From assembly GCA_965246755.1 (NCBI GenBank), contig OZ251979.1, forward strand, positions 1,665,129 to 1,729,128: DNA of 64,000 nucleotides, read 5' to 3'. Of the stretch, positions 9,279 to 18,807 are shown in pieces. The position numbers and the translations under genes were made by a program. The notes under the pieces were generated by a model. The model was given only the letters and a program-made list of their open reading frames with translations, was not told where the DNA came from and did no database searches. Origin of the DNA: Alphaproteobacteria bacterium. GTDB taxonomy: Bacteria; Pseudomonadota; Alphaproteobacteria; UBA11073. Every line of letters starts with the position of its first letter. Within the stretch, counting starts at the first letter, position 1.

Positions 9279-9294
9279 TGTTTCACGTGAAACA
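9279..9294. promoter_or_regulatory. parS centromere site
   Basis: Perfect TGTTTCACGTGAAACA, the canonical ParB-binding palindrome. Confidence 0.92.
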
Positions 9295-9329
9295 TTGCCG
9301 CGGCGCCCCGCTGTGTGATATGTCCAGCC

Positions 9330-9797
9330 ATGTCAAAAATTGGCCTCTTTCTGCTATGGTTTGGATTGTTTGTTGCGGTTTGTATTTCGCTGATCACCAC
9401 CGGCGCGTCGTTTAATTACGCCGGTCCTGGCAACTTTTTTGAAACCCCGGCCAGCGTCATTGCCGGCGTATTTTATCAACAGCTGACGATCAACTTCATC
9501 GCCTTTGCACTGTTGTCAGCTGCGTGGGATGGTACGCGCCAGCTGTGGCCGCGCCTGATTGATGCTGATGCGGGGACCAACCACCGTACAGGGCATGACA
9601 ATAACCGTGGTTTTTACCTGTTGCTTGGCGGCCTATCGTTTGGCACACTCGTCGGATTTTACCAGGTCGCGCAGCACAATACAGTTCCTGTGTTTGATAC
9701 GCTGGGGCTGTTTTTCAAGTGGCTGGGCATGTTGTCGCTACCCGTCACTATCATCGCCGCGCTCTACGCTAGCATTTTACGCCTTAGGGATAAATAA
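9330..9797 (+). CDS. Hypothetical membrane protein (about 4 TM)
   Basis: Four hydrophobic segments; ATG at 9330. Confidence 0.6.
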   Translation: MSKIGLFLLWFGLFVAVCISLITTGASFNYAGPGNFFETPASVIAGVFYQQLTINFIAFALLSAAWDGTRQLWPRLIDADAGTNHRTGHDNNRGFYLLLGGLSFGTLVGFYQVAQHNTVPVFDTLGLFFKWLGMLSLPVTIIAALYASILRLRDK

Positions 9798-9892
9798 CGC
9801 CGCCGCGCTTAATTCTTATTTGTCCTTTATGTCGCCTCATGAATAGTGGCGGCTGCGACATCCGCATAACATTTAAACTAAGGAATTTCCGC

Positions 9893-10444
9893 ATGACCAC
9901 AACAATCACTGGTATTTTTGATAGCCGTATTGAAGCCGAGCGCGCTGTCACCGATTTGCTGACCGCCGGTTTCACGCAAAGCGAAATCAGCTTGCTGGTG
10001 TCCGACCGCACGCGTGCGACCATGTTTAACGAGACAACCGCCAACAATAACACCGCTCATATCGATACGAATGTGGCCGGTGCGCCGCGCGTTTCAACCG
10101 TGGAGGCGGAACGTGGCGGCTTGGCTGGTGCCACTGTGGGTGGCGCCTTAGGTGCGATTGCCGCGGGTTTGACGGCTGGCGGCTTGTTGGTTATTCCCGG
10201 CGTTAACCTGCTTGTAGCGGGTCCGTTGGTTGCAGCTTTTGCCGCTGGCGGCGCTGGTGCCACCATCGGCGGCATTGCGGGTGCCTTACTGGGCGCTGGC
10301 TTTTCTGACAGCGATGCCAAAACATCTGAAAGTGAATTGGCCGCGGGCAAAGCCGTCTTGACTGTGACTGCCGCCGCTGCGCGCGCGGAAACCGCGCGTG
10401 CCATTTTGCGCCGCGATGGTGCTACTAGCACGCGCGCCGCATAA
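9893..10444 (+). CDS. General stress protein (YflT/glycine-zipper type)
   Basis: 'ITGIFDSRIEAERAVTDL..AGF', Gly/Ala-zipper 'GATVGGALGAIAAG...IPG...AGPL'; AAGGA RBS. Confidence 0.75.
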   Translation: MTTTITGIFDSRIEAERAVTDLLTAGFTQSEISLLVSDRTRATMFNETTANNNTAHIDTNVAGAPRVSTVEAERGGLAGATVGGALGAIAAGLTAGGLLVIPGVNLLVAGPLVAAFAAGGAGATIGGIAGALLGAGFSDSDAKTSESELAAGKAVLTVTAAAARAETARAILRRDGATSTRAA

Positions 10445-10462
10445 CTTTATCAGTGGTTCGGA

Positions 10463-10505
10463 ATAAAAAAAGGCAGTCTGGCAACAGCTGCCTTTTTTAT
10501 TTTTT
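10463..10505. terminator. Intrinsic terminator
   Basis: AAAAAAAGGCAG-TCTGGCAACAG-CTGCCTTTTTT. Confidence 0.8.
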
Positions 10506-10530
10506 ATATATCCAACCGAAAGCTTTATGA

Positions 10531-10941
10531 ATGTCCGATAAGAATAATCCGTTTGAAACTTTTTGCCAACGCCTGACCAGCTTTATCAGTGGGCATGCCG
10601 GGACGGTCACAGCGCTGATTATTTTTGTCGCCGCGTTAATTATCTTTGTTTGGGATGTTAATTCACGGTTGGCAATTTTTGTCGAAGATTTGTTAACGTT
10701 ACTGTCATTTGTTTTGTTATTTTTCCTGCAGCGGTCGCAAAGCAAAGATACCCTTTCGCTGCATATCAAACTTAATGAACTGCTGGTCACCGGCGAAAAG
10801 TCAGATTCTAACCTTATTAACGTTGAACACAAATCAGAAGCTGAATTGAAAGATCTGCATGATAATTTGATTGCCTTGCATGTTGAAGAACTTGTGGTTG
10901 AAAATGAAAACAGCCCTGCAGGGCTGTCTCCAAGCATTTAA
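10531..10941 (+). CDS. Low-affinity iron permease family (Fet4-like) small membrane protein
   Basis: 'FLQRSQSKDTLSLHIKLNELL...LINVEH.SEAEL' signature. Confidence 0.75.
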   Translation: MSDKNNPFETFCQRLTSFISGHAGTVTALIIFVAALIIFVWDVNSRLAIFVEDLLTLLSFVLLFFLQRSQSKDTLSLHIKLNELLVTGEKSDSNLINVEHKSEAELKDLHDNLIALHVEELVVENENSPAGLSPSI

Positions 10942-10955
10942 GTGAAGCGAACTAT

Positions 10956-11570
10956 TTATGGCATAACCACGGCGTCAATTACATGGATCACACCGTTTGA
11001 TTGCATGACGTTAGGAATGGTAATCTGGGCTTTTTCGCCTTTCATGCCAACCACGAACCATTTGCCATCCTTGTCTTTGACAACTTCCAGGTTTTCACCT
11101 TCCACTGTTTTCAAGATGACCTTGCCGCTGTTTTTATCAGCCTGTTTTGTCAAGGCGTCAGCGGTAAAGGCACCTGGCACCACATGATAGGTTAAAATCG
11201 ATTTTAGTTTATCTTTGTTTTCTGGCTTCAACAAAGTGTCAACAGTACCTGCTGGTAACTTTGCAAATGCCGCGTTGGTCGGTGCGAATACGGTAAACGG
11301 ACCAGGACCCTGCAGTGTTTCAACAAGACCAGCTGCTTTGACTGCCGCCACCAATGTTGTGTGGTCCTTGGAATTGGCCGCATTTTCAACAATATTCTTA
11401 GATGGGAACATTTCCGCGCCGCCAACCATGGTGGTTTTTTCAGTAGTGCCGATAGTTGTCGTGGTTGAAACCACAGTTTTTTCTTCAGCCGCCTGGACGG
11501 ACAATGTTGAACAAGCAATGACGGCAGCGCCAATCATCAGTGATTTTTTAGCAGACATTTTAAAAAGCAT
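10956..11570 (-). CDS. Fasciclin (FAS1) domain protein
   Basis: 'TTLVAAVKAAGLVETL.GPGPFTVFAPTNAAF', 'YHVVPG', 'NGVIHVIDAV'; signal peptide; GGAG RBS before ATG 11570. Confidence 0.92.
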   Translation of the reverse strand: MLFKMSAKKSLMIGAAVIACSTLSVQAAEEKTVVSTTTTIGTTEKTTMVGGAEMFPSKNIVENAANSKDHTTLVAAVKAAGLVETLQGPGPFTVFAPTNAAFAKLPAGTVDTLLKPENKDKLKSILTYHVVPGAFTADALTKQADKNSGKVILKTVEGENLEVVKDKDGKWFVVGMKGEKAQITIPNVMQSNGVIHVIDAVVMP

Positions 11571-11707
11571 GGGTTTCTCCAGTTGGATGCCTCGAAGGTG
11601 AAGCAACGCCACTACACGCCTGTTTGATGGCTCTGACAAGAGAGATTTGCCTGTGCTGAAAATATACATACAAATGCATTTTTAATTTATAAAATGACCG
11701 TTTATTA

Positions 11708-12940
11708 ATGTTAAACAAAAGTATGACTTCTTCAAAATCTATTGCAATTATTGGCGGCGGTCCTGCCGGGCTGATGGCCGCCGAAATGTTAAGCGCGCAC
11801 GGTTATGCGGTAACTATCTATGATCATAAGCCGTCATTGGCGCGCAAGTTTTTGATGGCCGGGCGCGGCGGCCTGAACCTGACGCATAGTGAAGCATTAG
11901 CACAGTTTGTCATGCGTTATGGCACTGCGGCGGCTTGGCTCGCGCCGCACATACAAAACTTTCCTCCCGCTGCGTTGATTGATTGGTGTGAAAGGCTGGG
12001 CGAAGCCACTTTTATCGGCAGCAGCGGACGGGTGTTTCCAAAATCTTTTAAAGCCTCGCCACTGTTACGCGCGTGGCTACAACGGCTGGAACAGCAGGGT
12101 GTGCAGTTTAACTTGAACAGCCGTTGGCATGGCTGGAATGATGATAAGCAGCTGCTTTTTAGCACTGCTGAACACAATATAAATTGTATTGACGCTAATG
12201 CCACATTATTGGCACTGGGCGGCGCTTCGTGGCCGCGCTTGGGGTCGGATGGCGGTTGGGTGCCGCTGTTGGGACGAACCGGCGTCACAGTTAACTCATT
12301 GCGTCCCGCCAATTGTGGCTTCGTAATTAATTGGTCGGACATTTTTCGCAGCAAGTTTATAGGTCAACCGCTCAAATCTATCACGTTATCTTTTGGCGCG
12401 CAGCATGCCGCCGGCGAACTGATGATGACGGATTATGGTTTGGAAGGCGGCCCGCTCTATGCGCTGTCAGCCGTCTTGCGTGACGCGATGGCGTTAGATG
12501 GCAGTGCGATTTTGCAAATTGATCTGAAACCGAATATTAGTTTGGAAAGATTAATCGATAAACTGCAACAACGCGGCAGTGCGCAGTCTCTTGCCAATGT
12601 GTTGCGCAAATTGGGATTATCACCGGTCGCGATTGGTTTAATCATGGAACGCACGGATCGCCAAAAATTATCACATTATCCAGCGGCACAGCTGGCCCAA
12701 ATTATAAAGTCGCTACCCGTTGCATTACAGGCCACTGCCCCAATTGACCGCGCAATTTCCACTGCAGGTGGGATTGCTTTGCCTGAATTAAATGAAAATC
12801 TAATGCTCAAAAAAATACCCGGCGTGTTTGCCGCCGGCGAAATGCTGGATTGGGAGGCGCCCACCGGCGGTTATCTGCTACAGGCCTGCTTTGCTACCGG
12901 CGTGGCCGCAGCAAACGGCATCATGCGTTATATAGGTTAA
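11708..12940 (+). CDS. HI0933/BaiN-like flavoprotein (TIGR03862 type)
   Basis: '[12 protein letters not shown]', '[15 protein letters not shown]', '[18 protein letters not shown]'. Confidence 0.9.
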   Translation: MLNKSMTSSKSIAIIGGGPAGLMAAEMLSAHGYAVTIYDHKPSLARKFLMAGRGGLNLTHSEALAQFVMRYGTAAAWLAPHIQNFPPAALIDWCERLGEATFIGSSGRVFPKSFKASPLLRAWLQRLEQQGVQFNLNSRWHGWNDDKQLLFSTAEHNINCIDANATLLALGGASWPRLGSDGGWVPLLGRTGVTVNSLRPANCGFVINWSDIFRSKFIGQPLKSITLSFGAQHAAGELMMTDYGLEGGPLYALSAVLRDAMALDGSAILQIDLKPNISLERLIDKLQQRGSAQSLANVLRKLGLSPVAIGLIMERTDRQKLSHYPAAQLAQIIKSLPVALQATAPIDRAISTAGGIALPELNENLMLKKIPGVFAAGEMLDWEAPTGGYLLQACFATGVAAANGIMRYIG

Positions 12941-13398
12941 CCGCGCCCCTTGTATGGCGCCACGCCCTGCTTTGGAATCCACACACCGTCGGGCGGCGCG
13001 CCAGTCTGGTAAAACACATCAATCGGCATGCCGCCACGCGGATACCAATAGCCGCCGATGCGCAGCCATAATGGTGAGATTTCTTGTACCAGACGCCGCG
13101 CGATGGAGACGGTACAATCCTCATGAAAGGCGCCATGGTTACGGAAGCTGCCCAAAAATAACTTCAGTGATTTGCTTTCCACTAGCCAGTCGCCCGGCAC
13201 ATAATCAATCATCAGCTGCGCAAAATCCGGTGCACCAGTGATGGGACACAACGAGGTAAATTCCGGCGCGGTAAAACGCACCACATATTTGACATCCGCT
13301 TGCGGATTAGGCACACGCTCCAGCACCGCCTGCTCCGGTGACTGAGGCAGTTCTGACTTACCGCCGAGTTGCGTCAGATTGTCATAGATTGTCGTCAT
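12937..13398 (-). CDS. queF: NADPH-dependent preQ0 reductase (type I)
   Basis: '[15 protein letters not shown]', '[20 protein letters not shown]', 'RGG'. Confidence 0.96.
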   Translation of the reverse strand: MTTIYDNLTQLGGKSELPQSPEQAVLERVPNPQADVKYVVRFTAPEFTSLCPITGAPDFAQLMIDYVPGDWLVESKSLKLFLGSFRNHGAFHEDCTVSIARRLVQEISPLWLRIGGYWYPRGGMPIDVFYQTGAPPDGVWIPKQGVAPYKGRG

Positions 13399-13928
13399 AG
13401 TTTTGTATCCTGCTGTTGGTCGCGGTATAAACGTGTAACGGTGATGATGGTCATGCTTGATAAGACAATACCGCTAATAATCCCGCCGATTGAATTTATA
13501 TTAATACTATAAAGCAACCACATGAGACTGGAGGCAAGCATGGCCAAACGCATTTTGATGCCATTCCAGTGCATAGTATTAATAGTTCCAAGCGTCGTCG
13601 CGATGACCGGTAAAATATCAAACCAGCTGCGCCAAAACCACCAGGCCAATAGCCAATTTAAAATAACAAAGCCGAGACTTAAATAATATTTTCGGCCTTT
13701 CCAGCCGCGCAATAAAACTGACGACATAATACGCAAGGCCAGCACCAAGTTTGTTGCTGCCCCAACCCAAGCCATCAAAACAATGGAATGGATGCACCAC
13801 AAGCAGGCGCCGATAAAATGACACCACAACATGCGTTTGTCGCTTTTTTGCGAAAAAGCATAGGTTGTGGCACAAAAGGCAAGATAGCCAAACAGCTGGC
13901 GTTCAGTAAAAACTTCGTTTACAACCAT
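13395..13928 (-). CDS. YgjV-family inner membrane protein inside the que operon
   Basis: 'QLFGYLAF...FSQK.DKRML', 'W.IH...AWVGA', '[10 protein letters not shown]', 'MRL..L.SS.MWL'; abuts the queE stop and overlaps the queF start (ATGA). Confidence 0.7.
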   Translation of the reverse strand: MVVNEVFTERQLFGYLAFCATTYAFSQKSDKRMLWCHFIGACLWCIHSIVLMAWVGAATNLVLALRIMSSVLLRGWKGRKYYLSLGFVILNWLLAWWFWRSWFDILPVIATTLGTINTMHWNGIKMRLAMLASSLMWLLYSININSIGGIISGIVLSSMTIITVTRLYRDQQQDTKL

Positions 13929-14660
13929 TTAGACGCCCCTTAAATTGCCCCAAATTAACACATGGAGCTGTGGCAGTATCGTTGCTGCAAACCATTTGTC
14001 AGCAATGGCTTTATCCACCAACCAACGCATGCGGTCCATGATGCCATTTATGTCAACGCTGGCGTTATGGTCGTCAGGTGGGGGCGGCGTATGATTGCCG
14101 GGCTGCAGATAGATGGGCAATTGCGAGTAACGCGCCGCGGTAGTTTCGGCGAAGTCATAATCGGCATCGTCAAAGATGACGAATTTTAATGCGATCTGTG
14201 GCCCCTGCTCCGCTGCCGTTAAACACCTATTAAACGCATCCCAATCCGTGAGCATACCGCTCGATGGCGGTTTGGGGCTTAGCGTCAGGACGTCCAAATC
14301 TTGAAACCAGTCCTTGGCGATACTGCCCTGGGTTTCCAGGGCAAATTTATAACCATGCGCCTTGCCCAGTGCGATGAGTGGCCCCAGCGGTTGAATGGCG
14401 GGATTGCCGCCGGATAATGATACCATAAGTGGTTTATGGCCGGAGAGTTCCTGCACACGCGTGAAAACATCTGTTGGCGACATCGGCCGCCATTGGTCAC
14501 GATAAGTATTGTCAACCGCATGCAAGGTATCACACCAGCTGCAGCGGTAATCACATCCGCCAGTGCGCACGAAGACAGTCGGTTGGCCGATCAGCGCACC
14601 CTCGCCTTGTATCGTCGGGCCAAAAATTTCGCTGATGCGGATGGTTTTGTCTTCTATCAC
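13929..14660 (-). CDS. queE: 7-carboxy-7-deazaguanine synthase (radical SAM)
   Basis: '[11 protein letters not shown]', '[11 protein letters not shown]', 'PQLH'. Confidence 0.96.
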   Translation of the reverse strand: MIEDKTIRISEIFGPTIQGEGALIGQPTVFVRTGGCDYRCSWCDTLHAVDNTYRDQWRPMSPTDVFTRVQELSGHKPLMVSLSGGNPAIQPLGPLIALGKAHGYKFALETQGSIAKDWFQDLDVLTLSPKPPSSGMLTDWDAFNRCLTAAEQGPQIALKFVIFDDADYDFAETTAARYSQLPIYLQPGNHTPPPPDDHNASVDINGIMDRMRWLVDKAIADKWFAATILPQLHVLIWGNLRGV

Positions 14661-14663
14661 TTA

Positions 14664-15029
14664 TCAATTTTCTAGGGGCCGGTACTCCGCCCAGGAATTG
14701 ATGTTTTCGCTGACGCGCACCGCGGTGGTCTCGGCCCACTGTGCCTTACACCAGTCATAAAAATACTTGGCAAGTTGCTCCGCCGAGGTTTTGTCATCAC
14801 CAAAAATATCATTCAAATGCCGATGGTCGATTTCCATTTCTATGTAATCTTTGAGCGCATTGAGTTCCGTATAGTCGCGCACAAACCCCACAACATCTAA
14901 ATCTGCTGCCGCCAGTTCAACCTCCACCGTGTAATTATGCCCGTGCAGGCGCGCGCAACGATGGCCTGCCGGCAAGCCTGGAATAGTATGCGAGGCGGAA
15001 AATGAAAATTTCTTGGCAATTCTATACAC
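14664..15029 (-). CDS. queD: 6-carboxy-5,6,7,8-tetrahydropterin synthase
   Basis: 'FSASH', 'CARLHGHNY', 'DHRHLND', 'SAEQLA'. Confidence 0.95.
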   Translation of the reverse strand: MYRIAKKFSFSASHTIPGLPAGHRCARLHGHNYTVEVELAAADLDVVGFVRDYTELNALKDYIEMEIDHRHLNDIFGDDKTSAEQLAKYFYDWCKAQWAETTAVRVSENINSWAEYRPLEN

Positions 15030-15723
15030 AGGATTGGTCTTTCACGGCAGTACGCCAAAAATTATCATCTTCATAAATTGTGGGATCTGTAACCTTTGCC
15101 AGCTCAAACGCCTCGCGCCGTTCAACGCAGGTGCCGCAACGTCCGCAATGCACGGTGCCGCCTTTGTAGCAGGACCAGGTGTCGTCAAACGGCACCTTTA
15201 AAACCGCGCCGGCAGCGACAATCTGTGCCTTGGTAAAGTGCAAAAACGGCGTGACGAGCATTACATTTGCGTAGCCATCGAGCGCGGCATTTTGCATGGC
15301 GGCAAAGGCGGCAATAAATTCCGGGCGGCAGTCAGGGTAAATAAAGTGGTCGCCGCCATGCACCGCGGCCGCCACTGCATTCAAATTTTGCGCAGCCGCC
15401 ATGCCATAAGCGATGGTCAGCATGATGGCATTGCGGTTGGGCACCACGGTCGCCTGCATCGTTTCTTCTTGATAATGACCATCCGGTACCGTGACATTAT
15501 CCGTCAGCGCAGAGCCGGATAACAGCGCGCCAACACTTGCAATGTTGACAATAGTATGCGGCACCTGAAGCGCCACCGCAGCGCGCGTGGCATATAACAG
15601 TTCTTTTTTATGCCGCTGGCCATAGTCAAACGACACCAACCCTGCCAGCAGGTTTGCGGCGGCAGTTTGATAAGCAAGCGTGACGGAGTCGAGACCGCCT
15701 GAACAAACGACGAGTGTTGGCAC
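15022..15723 (-). CDS. queC: 7-cyano-7-deazaguanine synthase
   Basis: 'SGGLDS', 'YGQRH', 'VPNRN', 'YPDCRPEF', 'SCY...HCGRCGTC'. Start placed at GTG 15723 after the AAGGA RBS. Confidence 0.96.
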   Translation of the reverse strand: MPTLVVCSGGLDSVTLAYQTAAANLLAGLVSFDYGQRHKKELLYATRAAVALQVPHTIVNIASVGALLSGSALTDNVTVPDGHYQEETMQATVVPNRNAIMLTIAYGMAAAQNLNAVAAAVHGGDHFIYPDCRPEFIAAFAAMQNAALDGYANVMLVTPFLHFTKAQIVAAGAVLKVPFDDTWSCYKGGTVHCGRCGTCVERREAFELAKVTDPTIYEDDNFWRTAVKDQSCV

Positions 15724-15729
15724 GTAGAT

Positions 15730-15761
15730 CCTTGTTTTAAACCCGGGTAGGCTGCGACCGG
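15730..15761 (-). ncRNA. preQ1-I riboswitch
   Basis: Minus strand CCGG-UCGCAGCCUAC-CCGG-GUUUAAAACAAGG directly before the queC start; resembles the T. tengcongensis aptamer (GGUCGCAG...CC...AAAACAAG). Confidence 0.85.
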
Positions 15762-15896
15762 CATCGCGGACATGCGATGGCGATTTCTTAGCAGATGGCA
15801 TTGTAAAATGCAAAGTTTTTGTAAGCCTTGCATCTGTGGTGCGACTGCCTGTAATCTGCGGCTGAAACAATTACCTCGTTAGGATTCGTAAAAATA

Positions 15897-16859
15897 ATGC
15901 GCCGGTTGCTATCTTATCTGTTGTGGCCATTGCTACTGTGCCTGTGTCTGCTTGGTACTTATGTCGGCACCGCATTGGGCCACCCGATTGCCGGTTTTAA
16001 CCTGACTTATTTAATGCTTGCGGTCGCATTGTTTTATTTAGAGCGTTATTTTCCCCATGAAGAAAAATGGCTGGTGGATGACGGTCAGGTTAAGGCTGAT
16101 CTGCTGCACACGCTGTTTAACAAAGGTATCGTGCAGGTGATTGTCGCGGTCACCACGGTATTGGGCCTGGTTGAACAAGCGGGACATTCCAGTCTGGAAC
16201 TATGGCCGGTGCAATGGCCGCTGCCAATGCAAGTCGTGCTGGCAATTATTGTCATGGACTTTGGCCTTTATTGGAAACACCGGCTGGGGCATGAGTTGGA
16301 TTGGCTGTGGCCGTTCCATGCCGTGCATCATTCGGCGCCGCGGCTGTGGTTTTTCAATACCGGGCGCTTTCATATCGTCGATACTGTCACCAGCCTGGCG
16401 TTGGGTTTACCATTATTGTTTTTATTGGGTGCGCCGCAGGAGACGTTTTCCTGGGCCGCGGGTATCACCGCCTATATCGGCATGCTGACGCATTGTAATG
16501 TCGAGATGCGGTTTGGGTTTTTAAGTTTGATTTTCAACACACCCGAGTTACACCGCTGGCACCATTCAAAAAAACTGCGCGAGAGCAACAGCAACTATGG
16601 TGAAAACTTGATGCTATGGGATCATGTATTTAAAAGTTTTTTCCGCGCCGCAGATCGTCGCCCGCCGGTTAAGATCGGCATCTCACACGCGATGCCGGAA
16701 AGTTTTGTCCGCCAGCTGATCCATCCGTTTAAAAAAGGCGCGCTGGTCAGCGTGCCGAATGCCTATAAAAAAATGCAACAAGCCGATACAGTGGCAGCCG
16801 CCAAAACCGTTGACGACACTTGGACCGATGCATCCAACACCGTCACCAACAATGCATAA
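15897..16859 (+). CDS. Sterol desaturase/fatty acid hydroxylase family protein
   Basis: His boxes 'YWKHRLGH', 'HAVHHS', 'HCN', 'HRWHHS', then 'NYG'. Confidence 0.88.
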   Translation: MRRLLSYLLWPLLLCLCLLGTYVGTALGHPIAGFNLTYLMLAVALFYLERYFPHEEKWLVDDGQVKADLLHTLFNKGIVQVIVAVTTVLGLVEQAGHSSLELWPVQWPLPMQVVLAIIVMDFGLYWKHRLGHELDWLWPFHAVHHSAPRLWFFNTGRFHIVDTVTSLALGLPLLFLLGAPQETFSWAAGITAYIGMLTHCNVEMRFGFLSLIFNTPELHRWHHSKKLRESNSNYGENLMLWDHVFKSFFRAADRRPPVKIGISHAMPESFVRQLIHPFKKGALVSVPNAYKKMQQADTVAAAKTVDDTWTDASNTVTNNA

Positions 16860-16889
16860 AAAAACCTGGCATTACGGCCAGGCTTTCTT
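16858..16889. terminator. Probable bidirectional terminator
   Basis: A-run-CCTGGC-ATTACG-GCCAGG-CTTTCTT between convergent genes. Confidence 0.7.
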
Positions 16890-16908
16890 CATCATAATTA
16901 AAGAATGA

Positions 16909-17286
16909 TTATGCTGCAGTTGCAGATTTTAATTTAGACAGTGCGCGCACTTTCACACGGACGCTGGCAGCCTTTGCAGCCGCCGGCATCATTTCGCCAG
17001 TGGCCGGATTGCGGATCATCGTACCTTCTTTACGCGCGGGAACTTTGCGCAAGGTCACTTTTAACAAACCTGGCAAGGTGAACTCGCCCACGCCTTTGGG
17101 ATGCACCGAACCTGTGATAACATCTTCCAAAGCGCGGAACATTTCCGTCGCCTGTTTGCGGGATACTTCCGCGCGTTCAGCGATATAATTGATCAGCGCT
17201 GATTTGGTCATGCTTTCCTTAACCGGACGCAGTGGTGTCACGGTTGCGGTGGTTTTCGCCTTAGCGGCAGTTGCTTTCTTGGCCAT
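16909..17286 (-). CDS. HU/IHF-family DNA-binding protein
   Basis: 'MTKSALI..IAE', 'F.LPGL', 'PARK....RNPATGE'. Confidence 0.88.
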   Translation of the reverse strand: MAKKATAAKAKTTATVTPLRPVKESMTKSALINYIAERAEVSRKQATEMFRALEDVITGSVHPKGVGEFTLPGLLKVTLRKVPARKEGTMIRNPATGEMMPAAAKAASVRVKVRALSKLKSATAA

Positions 17287-17516
17287 AAATATTCTCCCAT
17301 ATGCCTAGAATGAATCTCTTATGTGATACCGCAATTATAATGCATCGCCTATAGTCATTTTACAAAATCATCGAAATAACCCGTAATTTATGGACTAAAA
17401 CAACCTTTGCTGGAATTAGGGGTTGTTTTGCACCGATTTAAAGCGGCCGGCGATTTCGATTGTTGCCAAGTGAAATGAAATCTGCTTTATCTGAGCTATC
17501 TCGCGATTGCACATGT

Positions 17517-17590
17517 TGGGGTATCGCCAAGCGGTAAGGCAGCGGTTTTTGGTATCGCCATCCCAGGTTCGAATCCTGGTACCCCAGCCA
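17517..17590 (+). tRNA. tRNA-Gln(TTG)
   Basis: Acceptor TGGGGTA/TACCCCA, D arm GCCAAGCGGTAAGGC, anticodon loop TT-TTG-GT, T loop GTTCGAATC, encoded CCA. Confidence 0.96.
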
Positions 17591-17635
17591 TTTCTTTCTA
17601 TCAGCTGCGAACCTGCATAATATGCAGTAAACCCA

Positions 17636-18316
17636 TTAAATAATCCGCGCCTGCAGCCATAAAATAGATGGATAACTGGCCAGCCACACCCAGAAAAAAC
17701 GATTTAGGCCGAACAGCCAGACATTGGCCAAATGAAAAATTGCCGCCAGTACCAGGCCGATTATAAGCGTTGTCTGGGTGAACAGTGTCAGCGGAAAACA
17801 TAATTCAAACAGCATGACCGCCCAGGACGCCATCCATAATAAACGCGGGCGCTCGGCCAGTTGGCAGATAGCATCGCTGACCGGGTAAGCAGAAAACCGA
17901 AACACGTCCTGTAACGCACGACCCTGACGCCATTCGGGATTAGCGATTTTTACCCAGCCTGCCATAAAATATGACAGCATGGTTTGCAGCGCCAGATAAC
18001 CGAAAGCATACTCACGCCAACGTAGGCTGGTTGCGAAAGACAGCAGATACAGACAGCACAGGATCAACAGACCCATGCGGTCGCTGCCACCATTATAAGG
18101 ACCTTGGAAACGCCGCAGAATGAACAGCCCCAAAATCACTAATGCCAAACACACCCAAGGAGTGTGAAAATTCATGATAAGCAATAAGCTAAATATAATG
18201 CGTGGTAAAAACAACATCCGTTCGCTGTTCGATGCATAAACATGTTCAAAGCTTTGCTGTAAAAATGCTAGCCCCAGCAAAATTTCAGTTAAACGCATGG
18301 CAAAATCCAATGTCAT
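17636..18316 (-). CDS. HTTM-domain membrane protein (SdpB/vitamin-K-carboxylase-like)
   Basis: 'YNGGSDRM', 'QTMLSYFMAGWVK..NPEWRQG.AL', 'FEL.FP', 'IFHLAN..LFGLNRFFW'. Confidence 0.8.
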   Translation of the reverse strand: MTLDFAMRLTEILLGLAFLQQSFEHVYASNSERMLFLPRIIFSLLLIMNFHTPWVCLALVILGLFILRRFQGPYNGGSDRMGLLILCCLYLLSFATSLRWREYAFGYLALQTMLSYFMAGWVKIANPEWRQGRALQDVFRFSAYPVSDAICQLAERPRLLWMASWAVMLFELCFPLTLFTQTTLIIGLVLAAIFHLANVWLFGLNRFFWVWLASYPSILWLQARII

Positions 18317-18786
18317 GATAGCGGAACCTCAGCAAAAGGATACGGCGACGAGACCAACAGAATTTCTTTGTGCAGTTCCGTTTCATGCCGGCTGACGAAT
18401 ACCAGGCGGAACTGCAGATAAGACGCGGTTGCCATATCCGGCACGGTTTTTTTCAGATCGGTTTTAATGCGCGTTAAAATTTCCTGCTGGCTGTGCGCCG
18501 TGGGATTTTCGATCAGGCGTTCGGCACAGCTGACCAAAAACAGTGTTTCATTCCACGGCGCATTCCAAAACAAACGACGCAGCATAGCGGTAAAAGATAA
18601 GTGAGCCGGGCGCGGGCGAAACTCCTGCCACTGCCCTGCCGCATCCTGCGATGATTTCAAAAAAGCGTATTCGATACGTGGTGACGGTGCAATCGCCTCA
18701 AAAAACCGCCACGACGGGATCAGCGCGGGCAACAGCAGTTTGAGACTAGCCAGCATGGCCGGCGGTTTTAAACGTTGGATAGGCAT
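18313..18786 (-). CDS. HTTM partner protein (SdpA/DUF5819-like)
   Basis: 'PSWRFF...P...IEY', 'W..FRP', 'LFWN', 'QFRL'; stop overlaps the HTTM start. Confidence 0.6.
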   Translation of the reverse strand: MPIQRLKPPAMLASLKLLLPALIPSWRFFEAIAPSPRIEYAFLKSSQDAAGQWQEFRPRPAHLSFTAMLRRLFWNAPWNETLFLVSCAERLIENPTAHSQQEILTRIKTDLKKTVPDMATASYLQFRLVFVSRHETELHKEILLVSSPYPFAEVPLS

Positions 18787-18807
18787 CGGTTTTGAAATAA
18801 TATTTTG

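Noticed and set aside
9227-9294. Mini-CRISPR or iteron array
   Set aside because: The unit is only 22 bp with similar spacers and three copies, and no cas or rep gene is nearby.
15724-15870. 49-aa N-terminal extension of QueC from the ORF track
   Set aside because: Homology starts at 'PTLVVCSGGLDS', and the extension overlaps the riboswitch and SD.
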